From positions 5,768 to 69,767 of the forward strand of contig JABIRI010000353.1 of assembly GCA_018667915.1 (NCBI GenBank): a DNA stretch of 64,000 nt. The letters run 5' to 3'. Below, piece after piece: positions 8,280 through 17,584 of the stretch; positions within the stretch are counted from its first letter, which is position 1; every line of letters starts with the position of its first letter. The translations under genes were made by a program, and so were the position numbers. The notes beneath the pieces were generated by a model, which was not told the origin of the DNA, ran no database searches, and was given only the letters and a program-made list of their open reading frames with translations. The DNA is from Opitutaceae bacterium (GTDB taxonomy: Bacteria; Verrucomicrobiota; Verrucomicrobiia; Opitutales; Opitutaceae).

Positions 8280-9512
8280 CTAGTGTCCGCGGCGGATCTC
8301 GGAGCCTTCAAAGCGAATTGATAGGCGGAAGACTTTTTTGGTGCGGCACTGGATTTTACCGCTAGCTTGATCGAATGTCTCCGGGACTTCGATGCGATGA
8401 AGATCGACCACTGCATGGTATCCGCGTTCGGAAAATACATCGATGAGAATGGCGAGGGCCAAGGGATCGTGGAGCAGCTCGTCTTCCGTATTGATGTGTG
8501 CCGTGCCGGAAATGGCATGCCGTTCAATAATGGGCATGAGCTTACGAGAGATAAAGTCGACGACCCGGCGCAACAGTTCACCGTGTTCGAATTGATACGC
8601 ATCCAGCCGTTTCACCATTTCCTGTCGAGCGTGAACGATCAGTTCGCTCGCCACTGGAATTGAGCGCAAGGCGTCGTAGGTTACCGGATCCAGTTCCAAC
8701 GTGCTCTGGTATTGGAGCTCGTTAACAATGTTTTGCTCCACTTCGTGGATTTCTCCTTGGGCGTGGATGAAGTGATAGTGGAAAATTGACTTCAGGGATT
8801 GAAGGGCATCCCACGTTTTTTCCTTGAAAACCTGGTAACGACGGCGAGCGAGTTCGGGGTCGTGATCGGTTGCGCGTTCTTCCCAAAGTTCACCATCACC
8901 CGTGCGACGCACCTCATCGTTGTGTTCCTTGGTGAGTTCACCGCGACGGAGCTGACGTTCGACGGAAACCTTCTCTTCCACGAACAAAACCATGATGTGC
9001 ACCGTCGGTTGGCGGAAATGCATGCCCAACGGCGTGTGCAGAAATTCTTGCCGCAATCCCTGCATCTTGGTGACGAGCTGCTTGAGCGCATCTACCTGCA
9101 CTTCGGTGCGGGGAAACCCGTCGAGAATACAGCCGTCTGAGTATTCGGGCTTGAGCAATTCGCGCAGCAGGATGCCGAGAACCTCTCGATCCCCAACCAT
9201 CATGCCGGCGTCTTTGATTCGCCGCGCCTCGGGGGTGTCGAGCAGGGAGCTCACCACGATCGGCGGGCAAGTCAGTCCGCGAGCCTCCAGAATAAACTCG
9301 GTGTTGGTGCCCTTACCGGAACCCGGGGCGCCGCCGAGTAGGATAATTTCCTTGGGAAAACGAAGTTGGCTGCGAGGAAACTCCGCCTCCAATGCTTCCC
9401 AAACCTGTCGGAAGATCAGGACGGAATCCTTAATCTCTAGATCGTGTGAGTGGTCGGATTGCTCAGGGACGGCGGCGGCCGCAGAGGGGGAGGGTTCGGG
9501 ATTGTCGGACAT
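8280..9512 (-). CDS. Adenylate-kinase-like nucleoside monophosphate kinase fused to a C-terminal domain of about 180 aa with unknown function
   Basis: P-loop LLGGAPGSGKGT and NMP-binding/LID-region motif CILDGFPRT. Start chosen at MSDNPEP (9512); the ORF is open to 9563. I do not recognise the C-terminal half. Confidence 0.7.
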   Translation of the reverse strand: MSDNPEPSPSAAAAVPEQSDHSHDLEIKDSVLIFRQVWEALEAEFPRSQLRFPKEIILLGGAPGSGKGTNTEFILEARGLTCPPIVVSSLLDTPEARRIKDAGMMVGDREVLGILLRELLKPEYSDGCILDGFPRTEVQVDALKQLVTKMQGLRQEFLHTPLGMHFRQPTVHIMVLFVEEKVSVERQLRRGELTKEHNDEVRRTGDGELWEERATDHDPELARRRYQVFKEKTWDALQSLKSIFHYHFIHAQGEIHEVEQNIVNELQYQSTLELDPVTYDALRSIPVASELIVHARQEMVKRLDAYQFEHGELLRRVVDFISRKLMPIIERHAISGTAHINTEDELLHDPLALAILIDVFSERGYHAVVDLHRIEVPETFDQASGKIQCRTKKVFRLSIRFEGSEIRRGH

Positions 9513-9721
9513 GTGGACCCAATTAGCGCAGGGGGATGCCGCGAGAATGTCCAGCGTAGCCATCCGAGATATTTCACTCAGTAGGGAACCTCTTTGCGTG
9601 CGTTAGGTCTATTAAGTTGCCGAAAGGCCTCCGGGGGATTCCTCCCCCGAAGTTAGTTGAAGCTGGACCTGACGGGGTCGTCTTTTAGGCGGCCCCGTCT
9701 TGGTTTCTCCTGACTGGGAAG

Positions 9722-11377
9722 TCAGCGGTTTCGGTTATGCCGGAAAATGTCCCAAGCGATGTAGAATCCCATCATCGCCGAGATCAAATACCCCACGATC
9801 CCGAGAGCGGGATAGCCGAACAGGAGGGGATGAATTCCCGTGGTCACGATCATCGAAGAGCCGATGACCAACGCGCCGGAAACCAATCCCAAGGTGATAC
9901 GATTGGCCGCGGTTTCGATAGCATCATCGAGGTCATCCAATCCCTTGTGCTCCAGATTGACCGTGATATCGTCGTGTTCGAAACGGCGAACCAGTCGCTG
10001 CACGCTGGAGGGGAGTTCCTGCAGACTCGCGAGGGTTCCGCGTAGAAATTCACGTGATCGCCGTCCCATCGAGCGCGGGCCCGTGCGCTCACGAAACAGT
10101 TGACGCAGGACCGGTCCGGCATGGTCACGCAGATCAAATTCCGGATCGAGGGCGCGGCCGATTTCTTCAATCGCGAGTACGGCTTTGGCCATCAGTGCAT
10201 AGTCTCGGGAAAGGGGAATACCATGATCGCCGAATACAAAGAGAAGTTTGAGCATGGCCCGGCCGATCTCTTGGCGGCCGATACTGAAGTTCAGCTCCTC
10301 ACGGAGGGTCAGGGTGACGTCTTTCTCCATCTCCCGCAGATCCGTGCGTGACCCCGGTGGCGCGAGCTCGGCGGCAATTCGCACGACGCTTTCGGCATCG
10401 CCTTCGACCGCCGCCACCCAAAAGTCGGCGAGGGCGTAACGAAGACGGCGGGTCAAATGGCCGGCGAGACCCCAGTCCAGAAAACACAAGCGACCGTCCG
10501 GGGTGATCAAGACGTTGCCCGCGTGAGGGTCGGCGTGGAAAAATCCGTCGATCAAAACCTGACGCACGATCGAGGTTGCGCCACTGGCGGCGAGTTCCTT
10601 GGCCCGTTCTTGATTCACCGCCTCGGGTCCGACCGGCAACCCTTCGATAAAGTCCATCACGAGCACCCGATGGGTCGTATATTTGTTGTAGAGCTGCGGG
10701 GCAAAAACGTCCTCGGGTGAGGGATTTTTGGTGCTGAAGTAGGCTTGATTACGGGCCTCGTGGCGAAAATCGAGTTCCCGTTCGACGCCTTCGCTTACGG
10801 CCTCGACCACAGAAGGTAGGTCGTAGGGTTTCAACGTCGCGATGCGTTGGTGCAGTTGGTTGGCCAGCCACTCCACGAGGTCCAGATCAGCCACGATACT
10901 AGCCGCGATATCAGGTCGCTGAATCTTCACCGCAACCTCAGTTTCGGATTCGTGGAGGCGGGCCCGGTGAACTTGAGCCAATGACGCGGCTGCTAGCGGA
11001 GTTTCGTCAAATGAGGCGAAAACAAGCTGAGGGTCACCTTCGAGTTCTTCGATGAGCACTTTGCGAATCTTCTCGAATGGCACGGGCGGCACCGAGTTTT
11101 GTAGTTTCCGCAGCTCGAGGATGAGGGGATGCGGGATCAAGTCGGGTCGCATGCTTAGCAACTGGCCAAATTTCACCCATGCTGGACCGAGTTCCTCGGC
11201 CGCGAGGCGAATGCGCTCCCATTTGGATTTGCGCGGTCGGTCTGGATTTTGGAATCGCCGCGCGAGCGTCGCCGGTAAATCCAACTGATTGATCAGATCA
11301 GCAAACCCGTGCCGTGCGAACACGGCGAAAATCTCTTTCGCCCGGACGGCGTTGCCGAGCAGGTCGAACGGTTTCAC
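9722..11377 (-). CDS. ABC1/UbiB-family atypical kinase
   Basis: ABC1 motifs PLAAASLAQVHRA, VAVKIQRP, HADPHAGNVLI, FLDWG. Two C-terminal TM helices. Confidence 0.9.
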   Translation of the reverse strand: MKPFDLLGNAVRAKEIFAVFARHGFADLINQLDLPATLARRFQNPDRPRKSKWERIRLAAEELGPAWVKFGQLLSMRPDLIPHPLILELRKLQNSVPPVPFEKIRKVLIEELEGDPQLVFASFDETPLAAASLAQVHRARLHESETEVAVKIQRPDIAASIVADLDLVEWLANQLHQRIATLKPYDLPSVVEAVSEGVERELDFRHEARNQAYFSTKNPSPEDVFAPQLYNKYTTHRVLVMDFIEGLPVGPEAVNQERAKELAASGATSIVRQVLIDGFFHADPHAGNVLITPDGRLCFLDWGLAGHLTRRLRYALADFWVAAVEGDAESVVRIAAELAPPGSRTDLREMEKDVTLTLREELNFSIGRQEIGRAMLKLLFVFGDHGIPLSRDYALMAKAVLAIEEIGRALDPEFDLRDHAGPVLRQLFRERTGPRSMGRRSREFLRGTLASLQELPSSVQRLVRRFEHDDITVNLEHKGLDDLDDAIETAANRITLGLVSGALVIGSSMIVTTGIHPLLFGYPALGIVGYLISAMMGFYIAWDIFRHNRNR

Positions 11378-11694
11378 GGTTCGCCGTTTCGGGTCGGCGG
11401 TTCAGCCATGGCGGTCTCAAGCACGCGAATGCGTTCTTCCAACGCGGCGATGCGCGTTTCATGATCCGAGGTCTTACGGTCGAGCAATCCGGTGATCTGC
11501 TCGTTGAGGTCTCCGGCGAGCTCGTCGAATTCCTTGCGACCTTGTTCCGCGATTTTGTCGGCCATGATGCGGGCGTCGGACGCGTTGACTTTGCCTTGTC
11601 GCACAAAGTCATCGAGGGCTCCCTCGATTTTGTCCTTGGTGATGACTGCGGCACCCACGCCCGCGAGAAGGGTTTTTTTGAGCAAGTCGATCAT
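11374..11694 (-). CDS. Phasin-like protein (PHA granule/COG3937-type coiled-coil)
   Basis: MIDLLKKTLLAGVGAAVITKDKIEGALDDFVRQGK is typical of this family. Its stop overlaps the UbiB start. Alternative upstream start at 11733. Confidence 0.65.
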   Translation of the reverse strand: MIDLLKKTLLAGVGAAVITKDKIEGALDDFVRQGKVNASDARIMADKIAEQGRKEFDELAGDLNEQITGLLDRKTSDHETRIAALEERIRVLETAMAEPPTRNGEP

Positions 11695-11739
11695 AGCAGT
11701 GAGGAGTGAAGTTAGAATTAGCTCGATTCGCAAACGGAA

Positions 11740-12660
11740 TTAATCGGCCTTGGCGGGCATCGGGGCACGACTCGCACCATGCCCGCGGAGCACCTCACGC
11801 AATACCTTGAGGAATTGGCGTGTGCCCTGGCTTTGGTAGCGTTGCAAATGCCGCACCATAGCGATTTCGCGTTCGGGGGTGTGGCCGGTGATCTGCCGAT
11901 AAACCAACCGGTCATGGTCATTCGGATGCTGAGCGAGTTTGGGTAGGATTGCGATGCCCCGGCCCAGCCCCACGAGTGACTTTAAGGTCGAGACTTGAGC
12001 GCAGCGGTGGCCGATTGAGGGCTCAAAGTCGTGTTCGCCGCAAAATTCTCGGATCTGAACGCTCAAACTACTGCCTCGGCCCAGCATGATGAAGTTCTCG
12101 TTCTTAAGATCCTCGGCCGTGAATCGACGTTTTGATGCGAGAGCGTGATTCCGCCCCACCGCCAACATGAGAGGGTCTTTGAAGAGAAACTCGGTGGAAA
12201 CGCGGGAGTCGCTGAACGGTAGGGCGATCAGAGCTAAATCCACACTGCCATCGAGCACGCCGGCCACGAGATCGCCACGGAATCCCTCGAAGCTGTTGAT
12301 TTTCATATGGGGATATTCCTCTTGGCAGCGGCGAATCAGCTTCGGGAGCACGTAGGGCGCCACCGTCTGAATCATACCCACAGTGACCTGGCCTCCCAAA
12401 GTGGGATCGTCATGAATCTCACTCCGGACATTATCTACTTCGAAAAGGATGCGACGTGCCCGTTCGATTAGAATCTCTCCTGCGTCCGTAGGCAGAGCCC
12501 GACGGCCGAGTCGATGAAAGAGTTTGTGGTCTAGTTCAGACTCAAGCTTGGCAACCTGTTGGCTCAAAGAAGGTTGAGATATGAAAACAGCCTCCGCTGC
12601 TCGGGTAAAATTTCCCGTATCCGCGATAGCGAGCACGTAGCGTAGTTGATGTAGTTCCAT
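11740..12660 (-). CDS. LysR-family transcriptional regulator
   Basis: HTH LHQLRYVLAIADTGNFTRAAEAVFISQPSLSQQVAKLE plus a LysR substrate-binding domain. ATG at 12660 preferred over TTG at 12666. Confidence 0.9.
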   Translation of the reverse strand: MELHQLRYVLAIADTGNFTRAAEAVFISQPSLSQQVAKLESELDHKLFHRLGRRALPTDAGEILIERARRILFEVDNVRSEIHDDPTLGGQVTVGMIQTVAPYVLPKLIRRCQEEYPHMKINSFEGFRGDLVAGVLDGSVDLALIALPFSDSRVSTEFLFKDPLMLAVGRNHALASKRRFTAEDLKNENFIMLGRGSSLSVQIREFCGEHDFEPSIGHRCAQVSTLKSLVGLGRGIAILPKLAQHPNDHDRLVYRQITGHTPEREIAMVRHLQRYQSQGTRQFLKVLREVLRGHGASRAPMPAKAD

Positions 12661-12776
12661 AGACAAAGACTATGAAAACGATAGGAAACAAATATTTCAA
12701 CTATTGGATGAAGTGAGGTAGTATCTGCGCGTCGACCGAATCAACGGACGACAATCAAACAGAAAGCATAACAAAC

Positions 12777-12959
12777 ATGAACAACCGGAACATCCTCTTC
12801 GCCTTACTCGGCGGCCTCTCAGTGGCCTTGGTTTGGGCCATCGCATCGGTCTCCCTGACCGCGCACACCTTCATGGTGGGATTCAGTGCTTACGCGGTAA
12901 TCGCGTCGCTCCTCGTCGCGTTTCAAGACTACGACCACGTCGTCAAGAGCCTGCGCTAA
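12777..12959 (+). CDS. Small two-TM membrane protein (hypothetical)
   Basis: 60-aa hydrophobic ORF with an ATG start, divergent from the LysR gene and followed by a strong terminator. Confidence 0.45.
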   Translation: MNNRNILFALLGGLSVALVWAIASVSLTAHTFMVGFSAYAVIASLLVAFQDYDHVVKSLR

Positions 12960-12994
12960 GCAGCTCTTTTTCATTTTTTAGTTAGATTCCAAAA

Positions 12995-13025
12995 CGCGGC
13001 CCGGGGAAACCCGGGCCGTTTTTCG
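12995..13025 (+). terminator. Rho-independent terminator
   Basis: CGGCCCGGG (12997-13005), loop GAAA, CCCGGGCCG (13010-13018), then TTTTT. Confidence 0.8.
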
Positions 13026-13084
13026 TGTTCAAAAAAATCCGCAACACGATATATCAAAACTATCATAAAATCAGTAACTAATGA

Positions 13085-13120
13085 AAGTTTGTCACCATTA
13101 TGGTGACAAACTTGTTTTTG
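13085..13120 (+). terminator. Perfect 13-bp inverted repeat hairpin with a T-run (orphan terminator or operator)
   Basis: AAGTTTGTCACCA-TTA-TGGTGACAAACTT (13085-13113) followed by GTTTTTG. No ORF lies upstream of it. Confidence 0.4.
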
Positions 13121-13215
13121 ATTTGTTCGGAGGTCAGGGGGATTTTTTAAGGAGGGTAGGCAAAAAAGGGTGCGGGTGGCGCGTATAGGGGAGTTAGGCT
13201 TCTCCTTTCTTCGCA

Positions 13216-13728
13216 ATGTCCGCTTCGCACTCCTCCGCTTCTGATTGGCGCCCTTGGTTTGATACCTATGGGGCGCGCCTGCTTTTAGTGGCGCGGCAGT
13301 GGCCGCGCTCCGCGGCCGATGCCGAAGATGTGGTGCAGGAGGCGTTCGTGCGATTTTGGCGTAAGCAACGTCACCTCGGCGGTGATCCCATGCCATTGTT
13401 GGTCACTTCGGTCCGGCGGTCGGCGCTCGATTTGTTGCGTAGTCGTGATCGGCGGGAGAAACGCGAACAGGCTCACGTAGATTTGCATTCGGAGGCCTGG
13501 TTTGAAGCCAATATCGAGGGCAATGATCGGGCCAACCGGCTTGAGGAAGCCGTGGTGCAATTGCCCAGTGAGCAACGCGAGGTGGTGGTCTTGAAGATCT
13601 GGGGCGGCCTCACCTTCGCTCAAATCGCCGAACAACTTGAAGTGCCTGCCAACACGGCGGCATCCCGCTATCGTTACGCGCTCACCAAATTGCGCGAAAC
13701 CCTCAACACCGTGGAAAATCATGGATAA
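13216..13728 (+). CDS. ECF-type RNA polymerase sigma-70 factor
   Basis: Region 2 DAEDVVQEAFVRFW. Region 4 HTH LTFAQIAEQLEVPANTAASRYRYALTKLR. Confidence 0.9.
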   Translation: MSASHSSASDWRPWFDTYGARLLLVARQWPRSAADAEDVVQEAFVRFWRKQRHLGGDPMPLLVTSVRRSALDLLRSRDRREKREQAHVDLHSEAWFEANIEGNDRANRLEEAVVQLPSEQREVVVLKIWGGLTFAQIAEQLEVPANTAASRYRYALTKLRETLNTVENHG

Positions 13729-14224
13729 CGAATTCACCGAGCTCGAATCCGAGCTACAACAACTGACCCCGGCTCAACCGAGTCCGGAGCTGATGACGCG
13801 CCTTCAGGCCGAATTGGGTTCCGCGACTTCTGAGCCTGTGCCCGCATTGCGCCGGCGTTCGCCGTATCAAAGTGCAACGACTTGGAACTCCTGGAAATGG
13901 GCAAATTGGACCGTCGCGGCCGGGCTCGCGATCGTGATGTCTCTGGCATCGTGGTGGGCTCCGGAGATCGATTTCGGCGATAGCCCTATCGCATCTTTAA
14001 ATAGGACTGAGTCTGCCGACATGCTTCGTCCGGTGCGCGCTGCCCGCACGTTGGTCGAGAGCCGCGCGGAAGGCGTGATCGAATTGCCCGATGGCTCACC
14101 GGTCGAGCGGGTGCGTGATTACTACATCGATACGATCGAATGGCGTGATGGTGCCGGAGACGCCCAGCTGCGCTGGGAACTTCCGCGCGAATCCGTCCGC
14201 TTCGTCGCCCTCACGTCTTACTAA
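13721..14224 (+). CDS. Putative anti-sigma factor (single-pass membrane protein)
   Basis: Its ATG overlaps the sigma stop (ATGGATAA). It has one TM (WTVAAGLAIVMSLASWW) and sits in the usual position for a cognate anti-sigma. Assignment is by position and architecture only. Confidence 0.6.
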   Translation: MDNEFTELESELQQLTPAQPSPELMTRLQAELGSATSEPVPALRRRSPYQSATTWNSWKWANWTVAAGLAIVMSLASWWAPEIDFGDSPIASLNRTESADMLRPVRAARTLVESRAEGVIELPDGSPVERVRDYYIDTIEWRDGAGDAQLRWELPRESVRFVALTSY

Positions 14225-14265
14225 ATTCTGCCTTCAACTTTGCTTAAACCTCAAACCGACTTACT

Positions 14266-15267
14266 ATGAAAACCAATACCAAACTCCTATCTCTCTTAAC
14301 TCTAGCATTTTCGCTCATTACTTCCTCTGCCGTCTCGGGCGATGATGTTGAAGTGGAAAAAAAAGTGCGGGTGATGGTTGAATCCGACAAAGCTTCCAGC
14401 GTGCACGAATGGGTGCATGCCGATGAGGACGCCCCCCATGCCTTTGTATTCCATCACGATGATGAAGATGCGGGTCCGCGGACGTTTCTCGGCGTCGAGA
14501 CCACCAACGTGGGATCCACCTTGGGCAAACAACTGGGCTTAACGCGTGGTGTCGGATTGGTCGTCGCTCGGGTCGTGCCCGATACCGCCGCCGAGGACGT
14601 ATTGGAGAAGCACGATATTCTGGTTAAATTTGAGGATCAAATGATGATCAGCAGTAATCAGTTGGGCGTGTTGGTGCAGGCCAAGGAGCCAGGTGCGGAG
14701 GTGGAGCTCACCATCATGCGTGGCGGTCAGGAAAAAGTGGTCGTCGCGAAATTGGGCGAAAAGAAAGCCAAAACCATCACGATTAAGCACGGTTCTTTTG
14801 CCCCTCAGGTAAAGGATAAGATGAGCACGCATGCGTCGCTCTCGAGTTCGGATCTTTCCCGCGAAGACGTGGAGAAACTTCTGAGTAAATTGGGCGGCAA
14901 GGCGGGGGGGCTTTTCATATCCGAAAATGATGCGGGAGGCCCGGTCGTTCGGATGATGAACATCAATCGTGGCTCCGTCGTATTTTCCGACGATGAAGGC
15001 ACGGTAAAGTTGATTTCTGACGAAGGCCCGAAGCAGTTAATCGTGATTGATGGTGATTCCCAAACGATCTTTGAAGGCCCTGTCGGCACGGCTGAGGAAC
15101 GCGAGAATTTGTCCGATGAGATTAAAGCCAGGCTCTTAAAAGTGGAGAGTCTCGAGTCCTTGCAGATGAGCACGGACAGCAATTTTGAAATCCATGACGA
15201 CGTTCACGTGACGGTGCCCCATGCTTCGGTTCAACGGGTCAAAAAGCATGTTGAAATGATCCCATGA
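14266..15267 (+). CDS. Secreted PDZ-domain protein (no protease domain seen)
   Basis: Signal peptide MKTNTKLLSLLTLAFSLITSSAVSG. PDZ-like segment FLGVETTNVGSTLGKQLGL...GVGLVVARVVPDTAAEDVLEKHDILVKFEDQ...GAEVELTIMRGG. Confidence 0.7.
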   Translation: MKTNTKLLSLLTLAFSLITSSAVSGDDVEVEKKVRVMVESDKASSVHEWVHADEDAPHAFVFHHDDEDAGPRTFLGVETTNVGSTLGKQLGLTRGVGLVVARVVPDTAAEDVLEKHDILVKFEDQMMISSNQLGVLVQAKEPGAEVELTIMRGGQEKVVVAKLGEKKAKTITIKHGSFAPQVKDKMSTHASLSSSDLSREDVEKLLSKLGGKAGGLFISENDAGGPVVRMMNINRGSVVFSDDEGTVKLISDEGPKQLIVIDGDSQTIFEGPVGTAEERENLSDEIKARLLKVESLESLQMSTDSNFEIHDDVHVTVPHASVQRVKKHVEMIP

Positions 15268-15422
15268 AAGGAACGTCGGATTCGAATTTTCCGAATCCCT
15301 TCCCGACACCATCATTCGTTCTGGGCAACCGGTCCGCAGTAGAGCCCCAGTTACTTGTGAATCCAGACAGGGAAGGGGGCTGCGTTGAAGTGATCTGATT
15401 TGGAGATGGCGATTTTGTGATT

Positions 15423-15454
15423 CAAAAAACGCGGAGCCCGGATGGGCTCCGCGT
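15423..15454 (-). terminator. Rho-independent terminator for the DUF4199 gene
   Basis: 11-bp perfect stem ACGCGGAGCCC / GGGCTCCGCGT with loop GGAT. T6 on the minus strand (A-run 15424-15429). Confidence 0.85.
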
Positions 15455-15478
15455 TGGGGATGAACGGTAAAAATTGGA

Positions 15479-16033
15479 TTAGGCTTCGTCGATGGGAGGC
15501 GGCATGGTATCGAAGGAATCGTCGGGCTCTTTCTTGAGGAAGCCGGCGCAAATCAGGGCCAGAATAATGGAGAAGATGACGCCTCCGATGATTCCGTTTA
15601 GAGTCCCTTTCATCGGGGTAGAGTCCGCTTTCATCGTGGCAACCTGTTCGTCGATTTTATCGCTCGGAGCACCTGAGTTCTCCATGAGATTGGTGGTCCA
15701 ACCGATGGCGGCATCCGCGAAGTCGGGGTTGATGTAAGTAAAGAAGATGAAATTGAATATACCCGCGAGCAAAGTGCCGAAGAGGCCGACCTGCACGCAT
15801 GCCTTCCAGGCTTTGCCGTAGCTGAAACCGTCGATCAGGTCACTCTCGTTGCGCACGGCGCGGGTGCCTTTGACCATGAAAACCACGGTGATCGCGATGC
15901 CGGCGGTGAGCCCCAAGATCGAACCGATGATAAATTTGTCGGGATCGTTTTGAAATCCGAGGAGGTAAGAGATCAGAGCGACAATCGCCCCTACACAGGC
16001 CGAGCCCGCGCCGAATTTGAAGGTAGTTTTCAT
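15479..16033 (-). CDS. DUF4199-like polytopic membrane protein
   Basis: 184 aa with four TM segments. FTYINPDF...NLMENSGAPSDKIDEQV matches my memory of DUF4199. Confidence 0.6.
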   Translation of the reverse strand: MKTTFKFGAGSACVGAIVALISYLLGFQNDPDKFIIGSILGLTAGIAITVVFMVKGTRAVRNESDLIDGFSYGKAWKACVQVGLFGTLLAGIFNFIFFTYINPDFADAAIGWTTNLMENSGAPSDKIDEQVATMKADSTPMKGTLNGIIGGVIFSIILALICAGFLKKEPDDSFDTMPPPIDEA

Positions 16034-16284
16034 GGTGTAAACAATGTGCCGGTGGTTTCACGGCCCGCCAACTGCAGAAAGGATCGGCGGTTTTCCTGCC
16101 GGGATGAGCGGCGGGGAGGATTTACGAATCCCGGATTACGATTCGCAGAGCCCGTATCCCCGGCATCAGTCACTTAGCATATGACAATTACCTCGGGATG
16201 TTACGGACTGGTGGAGGTAAAAAACCGCGGCGCGACTGCGCAGTGGTTCCGTTGAGAGAGGATAGAAGCCGACCTTTGTTCCTA

Positions 16285-16557
16285 TTAGCCGGTGTCGGGG
16301 GGATCGTAGACTTCGATCAGGGAGGTGCCTTCTTCGTTGTCGGAACTATCGAGTTCGACCGTTTAGGGCCCAGGGCTCAGGGTGATTATCAGCGCAGAAT
16401 CCGCGTTGGCATTGTTTAATTTGAAGACGCCGGTGATGGTATTGGCGGCGGTGATGTCGTCGGCATGCTGCTCAGGCGTTTGACTTCCACCGTCGATTCC
16501 GAGGGCGACGACATCGAAGTCCTGAAGGTGCTCGAAACGATAGATAGCAGAATCCAT
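16285..16557 (-). pseudogene. Remnant of a secreted-protein C-terminal domain with an in-frame TAA
   Basis: Read-through translation gives ...NANADSALIITLSPGP*TVELDSSDNEEGTSLIEVYDPPDTG. It matches the recurrent PVC motif ...DAALLVTLPPGxYTVxV...GTTGVALVEVY..., with the stop (16363-16365) where Tyr is expected. No N-terminal part or signal peptide is present. Confidence 0.5.
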
Positions 16558-16704
16558 TTCTCAATGTGCAGATGACCGAAATGCATGACAACGAAAGCGA
16601 TGCTAGGAGGCGGGCACGGGTTATGGCCGTCCAAAGTCCGAGCGAGTTATCGGGAAATTACGGCCGCCCCTTGAACAGTGGACCAAACCGGTGTCCACAG
16701 ATTC

Positions 16705-17502
16705 CTAGCGATCGCCGTCGATGAGGCGGCCGAGGCCGCCGAGGACGGAACCTTCGCCGGTTTGTTTGCCGCCGGTGCGCGGTGCGGAAGCGATGATGCG
16801 ATCGGCGAGTCGTGAAAACGGCAGCGACTGAAGCCAAACTTTTCCGGGACCCTGCAACGTTGCGAAGAACAGGCCTTCGCCGCCGAACAGCGCGGATTTC
16901 ACGCCGCCGACAAATTTGATGTCATAATTCACCGACGGCTGAAAGCCGACGATACATCCGGTATCCACGCGTAGCGTTTCGCCCGGACCAAGCACGCGCT
17001 CATGGAGCGTGCCACCGGCGTGCATGAAGGCCCAGCCATTGCCCTCGAGCTTTTGCATGATGAAGCCCTCACCACCGAAGAGGCCCGCACCGATACGTTT
17101 GTTGAAGGCAATGCCGACGGAGACGCCTTTGGCCGCACACAGGAAAGATTCTTTTTGGGCAAGAAATTCGCCGCCAAGTTCAGCCAGATTAACGGGAACG
17201 ATTTTGCCGGGGTAAGGTGCCCCAAATGCAACGCGACGTTTATTCACGCCCTGATTTAAAAAGACGGTCATGAATAAAGATTCACCGGTGAGCAGCCGTT
17301 TACCGGCGCCAAGCAGTGAACCCACAAAGCCGGAAGTCTGTTGGGAGCCATCGCCGAAGATGGTCTCCATCGCGATGTCGTCTTCCATATACATCATGCC
17401 GCCCGCTTCAGCCACCACCGCCTCTTGAGGATCAAGTTCAATTTCGACGAACTGCATGTCGTCGCCTTCAATACGGTAATCAATTTCGTGCATGGAATTC
17501 AT
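16705..17502 (-). CDS. AIM24/TIGR00266-family protein (DUF124)
   Basis: [33 protein letters not shown] and the [22 protein letters not shown] signature. Confidence 0.85.
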   Translation of the reverse strand: MNSMHEIDYRIEGDDMQFVEIELDPQEAVVAEAGGMMYMEDDIAMETIFGDGSQQTSGFVGSLLGAGKRLLTGESLFMTVFLNQGVNKRRVAFGAPYPGKIVPVNLAELGGEFLAQKESFLCAAKGVSVGIAFNKRIGAGLFGGEGFIMQKLEGNGWAFMHAGGTLHERVLGPGETLRVDTGCIVGFQPSVNYDIKFVGGVKSALFGGEGLFFATLQGPGKVWLQSLPFSRLADRIIASAPRTGGKQTGEGSVLGGLGRLIDGDR

Positions 17503-17584
17503 GGTCGGGAGTATGGAGTGGAGGAGTTATATTTGGGAACTACGAAAACCTGCGAATTCTATAATGGTCTTGTGGTTCTGGACG

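Noticed and set aside
11740-12660. Possibility that this LysR regulator is OxyR, given katG in the window
   Set aside because: The position equivalent to the redox Cys of the GHC motif reads GSS. It is also 31 kb from katG. Kept as a generic LysR regulator.
12659-12673. ATAG-N7-CTAT dyad as a LysR box
   Set aside because: It overlaps the LysR start codon and is too short and AT-simple to distinguish from chance. Not called as a feature.
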